NCBI RefSeq assembly: GCF_018977255.1
Contig: NW_024704742.1
Span: forward strand, 3,784,001 to 3,848,000
DNA: 64,000 nucleotides
Source: Callorhinchus milii
Lineage: Eukaryota
Direction of reading: 5' to 3'
The notes below the pieces were generated by a model, which was not told the DNA's origin, ran no database searches, and saw only the letters and a program-made list of their open reading frames with translations. The translations under genes were made by a program, and so were the position numbers. Positions 51,001-64,000 of this stretch are shown here, one piece after another (position 1 is the first letter of the stretch; every line of letters begins with the position of its first letter).

Positions 51001-53027
51001 CCTTTCAGACAACAAATCCGATTCTTCGGTACCGTCAAACCTCAGTCGTGAAGGGTATATTTGATAATCTTCTACCGATCTTCCTTTACCATAACCATCA
51101 AATCCAGTCTACGTCTTTCCTTATTATATTATACATAATATATTCAGAGTCCTCAGCTTGGCACCCAATGCAAAGTTTAAAATCTCAACATTTTCTACTG
51201 AAAAGAAATGGTACCGAAATTACGAAGGAACATTTTGAAGCGGTTTATTTTATGGGAGTAATAAAAAGCCTCTTATTCGTGTAACGATGAACAGGAACTG
51301 TGCGGAAATGATGTTCTTTTGCCTGCAAAGTACAGTAATTCTAATAAAGTGTATTCCTTTTCAGCAGTACGATCCATATGCATCAAGATTATATCTAAGC
51401 GATTTTCAACATAGCCTTAAAGCATTTTTTTGTTAAATTTTCTCTAACAAAATAACAAATTTAAAAACGTGAAAAATACCTTACCTTTTTGATTTGTTTT
51501 CTTGCTTTACGGAGAAAAAGTAGTCGTTTCCAATTTATCTGAATACGGTGGCTTTATTCAGCCCTGTAATAAGATAATTGCAGCTCACTATAGCATTTAA
51601 GAAGGGATGGAACGGGGAGAGCTTAAACAGGTTTTTTTTTTTCTTTTATGGCTCAAAAGGTGGGCGTGAAAAATCATTCCACTCCCTCTCGATTTCCTTC
51701 TGAAATTACAAGCTGCTTTGAGCTTTGAAATATTCAAAATCAGGTTTTAACGGAGAGGAAGCAGCAAGTCTTAAGTCATTCTTCATTCCTAGAAGTACTA
51801 TGGACTGGATGCAGCACCAATCGATCAATCCTTTGAGCACCAGTCACAGGCTTGTAAGGTGATGGCACAATGAGCGTCCAGTTACTGCTGGAAGTTGCTT
51901 CAAATGTTGAATCTTTACCTCCAATGTGGATGACGGCTTCAAACTAAAAAATAACTTTCAGCAATGATCCAGATTTCTGGCGTAAAGCACTTACTTCGCT
52001 GTAATTACTTTCAGCGTCGTGGCTTTTTGTAGGCATCTCAAACGCGTGCAAACACAAAGATAAGTGCCTGTCGTTATAATCCGCACAGACAGAATTGTGC
52101 GGATTATAACAACAGGCACTTAACATTATGAGAACTCAAATTGTACTTTATAATTAAATTAAAATATCCCTGAATGATTTTAGCATTCAGCGGTGGTCTG
52201 CAGATAACCAACAAGGGAAATTAAATGGGTCTTATGAAACCCAGCAATGCACATTATCAGTATATTATATGAAGGCATTGACTGTATCAATCACTTCAAT
52301 TGCGTGACTCTTCCTTTGATTTAGCCTTAATCTGTGTGATGCATTGACCAGAATCTATTTCTACTGACTTTTTGCAAATGGAAGTGCATTAAGTTATTGC
52401 TTTTGAATTTATGGCACTATTTTTCAATTCATATCTCCTCTTATCTTTTCGCTCTTTTGATTCCACTGACAATAGCTCTCAATGTCGCATTGAGTCAGAA
52501 GAGCACTGGAGTTTGGCACTGTTAACAGCCTATATATAAAAAAACAGGAGGCACGATGTGATGTGTTGTTCAGTCATGGCATTGTTTCAAACCTATCACC
52601 CCCACATTGCTCAATCTACACTTTATAGATCCAAGGGCAATTTAACCAATAGTTTTCATTTGGGGCAGAAACAGAGGGCCAGATATTTCCCCACAAAGTG
52701 CGAGAAAATCCTAAAACAAAAAAAAACAAAAAATGACGTGCACAAAACGGCTACAGAAGCAAATATCTTCCATTGACGCCGATAGAGTGCTAATTTTCAA
52801 CAGTGATTTATTACTGTAACGACTACTCAGAAGTGACAAATTCCATTTTTCCTTGTTTCTAGGTTACCTGGGCTGATTTTCACTGGGCTGTGTGTTCCAT
52901 CACCCTCACCAATCTGAAGGCCGACGTCTTATGTAGCCATCCCAAACTGTTATCTCTGAAAGAGAGAGTGGAGGAACTTCCTTCAATAGCCTTTTGGATA
53001 AAACAAAGACCCAACACCGTATTCTAG
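44909..53027 (+). CDS. hpgds: Hematopoietic prostaglandin D synthase (sigma-class GST), 199 aa, 5 coding exons
   Basis: Exons 44909-45041 (133), 45924-46016 (93), 47309-47418 (110), 48106-48204 (99), 52863-53027 (165) total 600 nt in one intact frame. Y8, R14, W104, K112 and C156 are present. Confidence 0.96.
45924..46016 (+). CDS. hpgds: hpgds coding exon 2
   Basis: TLTFRQVPILEVDGVVINQSAAIARYLARETG; ttccag| and g|gtaaa. Confidence 0.95.
46230..46960 (+). mobile_element. Degenerate CR1 interrupted by an L2 tail (~46430-46566, -)
   Basis: LE*RVEF*TPNLRKDTLGLEGIQRWFT; aacaggcttgatgggcagaat 3' motif. Confidence 0.65.
47309..47418 (+). CDS. hpgds: hpgds coding exon 3
   Basis: GLAGNTNLEQAQVDAIADTINDFMNLFPWTEKDQTLK; gatag| and |gtaggt. 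Confidence 0.95.
48106..48204 (+). CDS. hpgds: hpgds coding exon 4
   Basis: QKMIEDVFINNSNLYLDGIENLLGDKMWFVGDS; ttacag| and |gtaggt; phase 0-0. Confidence 0.93.
48963..49375 (-). mobile_element. L2 LINE 3' fragment
   Basis: FKILVLTFKAL...GSGLLHVP..IGGRTF; tail at 48963. Confidence 0.88.
49380..50785 (+). mobile_element. L2 LINE, decayed ORF2 (RT) and 3' end, in an hpgds intron
   Basis: LLDLSA, IPQGIILGPLPF, HVYADDTEIY, WMSANFL, NLGVRFD, QAFVTSRLDY; (TTG)n-like tail. Confidence 0.92.
52863..53027 (+). CDS. hpgds: hpgds terminal coding exon
   Basis: VTWADFHWAVCSITLTNLKADVLCSHPKLLSLKERVEELPSIAFWIKQRPNTVF-TAG; several AATAAA follow (e.g. 53521, 53791). Confidence 0.95.
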   Translation, partial: VTWADFHWAVCSITLTNLKADVLCSHPKLLSLKERVEELPSIAFWIKQRPNTVF

Positions 53028-54129
53028 CTGTGATCTGATTCAGTCTACAACTTTGTTTAAACNAAAAGCATCACATTACTTTTTACACCAGTCATTTAAC
53101 AATAATTTGCTTTAAAAATCATTGTGGCTTATGAGGTTAAGAACTTTAAGCAGTAGCGTTTGATTAACTGGTTAACATAACATGTATATTATTTACATTG
53201 AGATCAGTTCTTTGCAATGTTTAACGTGTGATGGGAATGCAAGACATTGTTCCACCTGAGCTGGCTGTTCATTGCCTATCTTAGGGAGGAAATGAAGTCA
53301 GGAACACATCAGCTTTCTAGTTTCCTGATGGGAATACTTAGGCTGGAGTTGAGGAGGATTTTCATTCAGCTTGGACGCACTGTGTGTTAATGAATCAAAG
53401 TAGATTTTCTGAAGTCAACGTACAGCATTAAAGTAACAAGGGAACACTTTGTTTAATATCACCTGTTTTCGCATTTAATTGCCTGTACAACCGAGTAAAA
53501 TATAAGAATGAGTTAAAGGAAATAAACTAACTAGGCAAGAAGACCTTGAACTGTCTATTTTGGAATAAGGAGAGGGAATAGATTCAGTAAGTTAAAAACA
53601 ACACCAATCTATCTAGTTACCACGAGTCACCCTTCTCTCTTGGAAGAAAATACTGTACATGTGCCAAATTACTACATTATGTTATGTAAAATTATGAATA
53701 AATTACCAACAGCAATTATACTAAAAAGTTTAAATGCCAATTCAACTAGAATAAAGATCAAATGTGAACCTCTTTTGAATGCCAAGCTTGAATAAAACTT
53801 TCTAATGCTGTGTTATTCTACATGTAATGGTATTTCTAAATCAATTTAAAACTTAAGATGTCATTTCATTTAAAAAAAAACTGCTTTTTAAACGCTCAAC
53901 CATTACGTCTGCAGCTCATCTCCATTTTTGTCCCAACGCTAATTAAAACCAAGTTTGATCTGCTCCGCATTCAGTTACTGTGACATTCTTCCTGTACGGG
54001 CAAACAACTTGTAATATTCAACTGCCTTCAAATATCATTTGAAATGTAACGTACTCTATTACCTTCTCTTTGATGATAAATAAATATCAACTTTTCTTGA
54101 TGCATCATAGCTAGATCGTCTCCTTGTTC

Positions 54130-54640
54130 TTCAGGTGGTCCCTCACCTCCGTAAATTGCCTGCCTCAAGCCCCCTTACATATGCCGCCAAAATCCTCACC
54201 CACACTTTCATCACATTCCTGCTTGCTGGATTCCTCAGCTCTTCCCTACATAGGATGCAAATTACCCATTACTCTGTAACCTGTGTCCTCTCTCGCACCA
54301 GGCCCATCAACCCCGTCCTCACTCAGCTCCACTGGCTCCCCATCACCCAGTGGACTCGATTCAAAATCCTCGCTCTACCTCTGCGACCTCCTACAACCTT
54401 ACTGACCCAGTCGCTCTTTTTTGCTCGGCTAACCCTGGCCGGCATCACGGCACCTGCCCCCTATCAAGCGTTCAACCGATCTGCCCCACACTCTCTGGCA
54501 CTCTATCCTGAATTCCCATCTCCATCCCGACTTGGTCCCTCCCTCCCGCCCCTCATCATGGTCGGTCTCAAAACATTCCTCTTTGACAGCACTTTATCGG
54601 TCAGCTTTCGGCCTCCCCATCCCCTTTGGCTCACGTGTGT
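54130..54640 (+). mobile_element. Old L2 fragment
   Basis: PINPVLTQLHWLPITQWTRFKIL and LKTFLFD motifs. Confidence 0.8.
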
Positions 54641-55492
54641 GGCCAGCCAGGCCTTACACGTTTTTTTTAAAAATAGAACGTCACCAAGCCATAAACAGTA
54701 GTCAAGTAATACGTTCCCTTCAGTGCAGATCAAATCCTGTTTACTGCTAAATTAACGGAAATCGTATCGCCTCACGAGTTAAACCAGTGTCAGGTTTAGA
54801 GTGCGTATTCAGTGCGAATTTGAAAACAGTGCACATACTGGATCAAATACAATCTAAACAAAATCAGAACTCCCTCCAGTAGACTATCACCTGTGCTGCC
54901 CAACTCTTATTCCAACCAAATTATACTGGAAGTAACAAAGTCGAATATTAAAATCCTGATATCTGCCTCGACTCTACTTGCACTTGGAACAGTTGAAATG
55001 AAGTTGGCCATTCTCCCAACTGGCCCCGACACCCACATCCAGGGCGATCAATGATCTCTGCGGTTCCTGAACCCAACTGCTAGCCACTGCCGGAAGTGAC
55101 AGAAAGCCTGAGGTTTGTAGGCTTGTAGAAGTGTCAAAAAATTAAATGTTCTGTAACTCAGCGGCAAACAATGCAATCAAGTCACTTTTACAGCAATGAC
55201 TCCTGCAATACACCACAATGCCCGAGGAGAGAACCCAACAGTACAACATCACATTGACAGCACAAGTTCCTTGTTCAAGCTTGTGGTTTGAGGCGTGTGC
55301 AAAAGCTTTTGTTTATTTTATGAAAAACGTGACTGAAATGACAGTTTCGTTGAGATGTGCCTGAATATCAAACCTGACCCTAATTTCTCTTTAAGCGCAA
55401 AGCATCTTCTTTGAAGAATTTCAGGGGCAGCCTGCGTGAAGAGAAGAGGCAGGCGCCCAGGGAACACATTGGTGGCCTCCACAGTGGCACTA

Positions 55493-55813
55493 TAAATAAT
55501 AATAATCCTTGCATTTGATATAGCGCTTTTCACGTCGGGAGGACGTCCCAAAGCGCTTCACAGAACACACTGTAAAGTGAATTGACTGTATATTTGTGGG
55601 CGAAACGCAGCAGCCAATTGCGCACAGCAATGTCCCACAAACAGTCGTGGATTGAAAATGACCAATTTATTATTGTTTTTGGTTCTGGAGGGATTATTAT
55701 TAGGCTCTGTGTGGAGTAAGGAAACTTGTCCAAGGTTTCGCCCTCTGCCTGGAATTGAACTCAGGTCTCTCGCTCGCAAAGCGAGTGCTCTAACCACTGA
55801 GCTACAGGACTCC
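55493..55813 (-). mobile_element. Young tRNA-derived SINE
   Basis: Full-length copy; cactata on both flanks (55488-55494, 55815-55821) is a possible TSD. Confidence 0.94.
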
Positions 55814-55999
55814 ACACTATAGTGTGTTCCGAGTTCTTGCTCTGGAATAGTGACTTTTTTCACCGTGGAAGTAGCGGCTCAACTGACTCCAAGAAAGGTA
55901 CACTCGAGGGAAGCAGGGGAATTCCTGGTGCTCTAAATTATAGGTTACTTAACAGAGATGGTCTTGGCAGGCAAACTCATGATATAAAAAAGTGATAAT

Positions 56000-56290
56000 A
56001 CAACACTAAATGACATTTGTATAGGGCCTTTCACATCAGGAAGACGTTCTAAACTGCTGGACAGTCAGGCCAAGGACAGAGCCCTGAGGAACGCTATGCG
56101 AGATGGTGCTAGAGAAGCTGTTTGTGGAGATGAAGTGGAGACGGTGTGAGAGGTAGCATCTGAACCACTCAAGGACAAAACCATGAAGGTTGAGGTGAGA
56201 GGAAAGGTGGTGGAGGAGGATAGAGCATTCAACGATAAGGCAGCAGATAGGTCAAGGAGGACGAGGAGGCTGAGGGAGCCTTGGTCAAGC
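56000..56290 (-). mobile_element. Old L2 fragment
   Basis: DQGSLSLLVLLDLSAA RT motif joined to a degenerate tail. Confidence 0.7.
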
Positions 56291-57369
56291 CTTCCATAAT
56301 GCATTAACCCACCGGAAACTGGAGCATAGACCACCCAAGTTCCTGTGAGAGTTTCTTAAAGAGACGGCATCCTTGAAGAGTTTGTTTTCTTGTTAGAGGT
56401 AGGACATAATGATGATTGACTAATATGTATAGTGATCAAATACTCACATTTAAACAATGTTGAAACACGTTTTGGAACATGGTAGATCAGTGTGCTAGAA
56501 ACCACAATAAAAACTGCAGAATTTTTATTTGCACTTAATTCCTCCTTTCCATACAAATACAATATATTGACAGTTAAGTCAAAAACAGTACATTGAGTAA
56601 AACAAAGAACAATTGTGACACCAGTTTGCCCCCCAATATGCGTTACACATTGTTCTATACACAAAAAGCCGAAATCAAAGAGCATGAATTATCTTGAGGT
56701 CAGCTGGTGTTCATTCACTTTTTATTATGTCTAAGGTAGAAAGTCACAAAATGTGGAATCTCCATCTCAACTTGTTCATATTATAGCTTACAGTGGGTTA
56801 GTTCACAGCACTTTCAGCAGGTTTAGAATTCCATAAAGAATTGGGAAAATGCCTTAGGACAAATTCCGACTTGGTGAGTAGCCTAATGAGAATATAATGA
56901 GCACAGGAAATTCCACAAGTCGTAAACAAGACTCTTCTTTTAAAAGCATGGTTTGATAGAAAATAACATATTAGAGTTAGATTGTGAAAATGACAAAATT
57001 AAAATAAGTTGGAATGCTTTAGTACCCGCTGTTTTCCACTAGAGGGAACTGCAGCATTAATATAATCGGCCTGCAGATGGTACCTGGAACTTCAGATTCC
57101 TAAACAAACCTCTAAATTTGCCCGAGGAATTGAATGTTTGCACACTATCAGTGTTATAGACCAATTTGCTGCTGCAGAAAAAATTCCAAATCCCATCTTC
57201 ACATATGAAAGCTGACAAACGGGATGGCATTACAACAATTATTCATGGTTCTCATCCACTCAATAAGCTTCATCACTTTCAAAGATAGGTCAGAGGTTCC
57301 TCTTCTCTGTTGTGTCCCACAGAATCCAATATAGATTTTCCCCAATGGTGCTCAGGAAAAGACACATCT

Positions 57370-64000
<6,631 letters not shown>

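Noticed and set aside
57036..57049. CTCF-like CCACTAGAGGGAAC in the smarcad1 3' UTR
   Set aside because: Single motif with a core mismatch; expected by chance in 64 kb.

Overview
Vertebrate genomic DNA, probably from a cartilaginous fish (holocephalan-like); this is inferred from the repeat families and gene order. Three multi-exon genes were reconstructed by hand with GT-AG junctions and phase checks. (1) Melanopsin opn4x on the minus strand, 8 identifiable coding exons, 14593-35601. As assembled it has a 1-nt frameshift at the start of the ECL2 (PEG/E181) exon, and no clear equivalent of the penultimate C-terminal exon. (2) A complete 199-aa hpgds (sigma-class GST) on the plus strand, 44909-53027, divergent from opn4x. 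(3) The last 7 coding exons of smarcad1 on the minus strand, 57370 to the window edge, convergent with hpgds. The rest is dominated by retroelements: a young tRNA-headed SINE, an older DeuSINE-like family, L2 and CR1 fragments, and one 5'-truncated Tx1-clade element with apparent target-site duplications. There is also a MITE-like element, a perfect 20-bp hairpin and several micro/minisatellites. I found no CRISPR array, rRNA or genuine tRNA gene, and no evidence for a wholly new multi-gene system. The best leads are the opn4x lesions and divergences, the Tx1 TSD-derived minisatellite and the shared SINE/L2 tail. Comparisons with human or chicken proteins and repeat consensi are from memory, not from a search.
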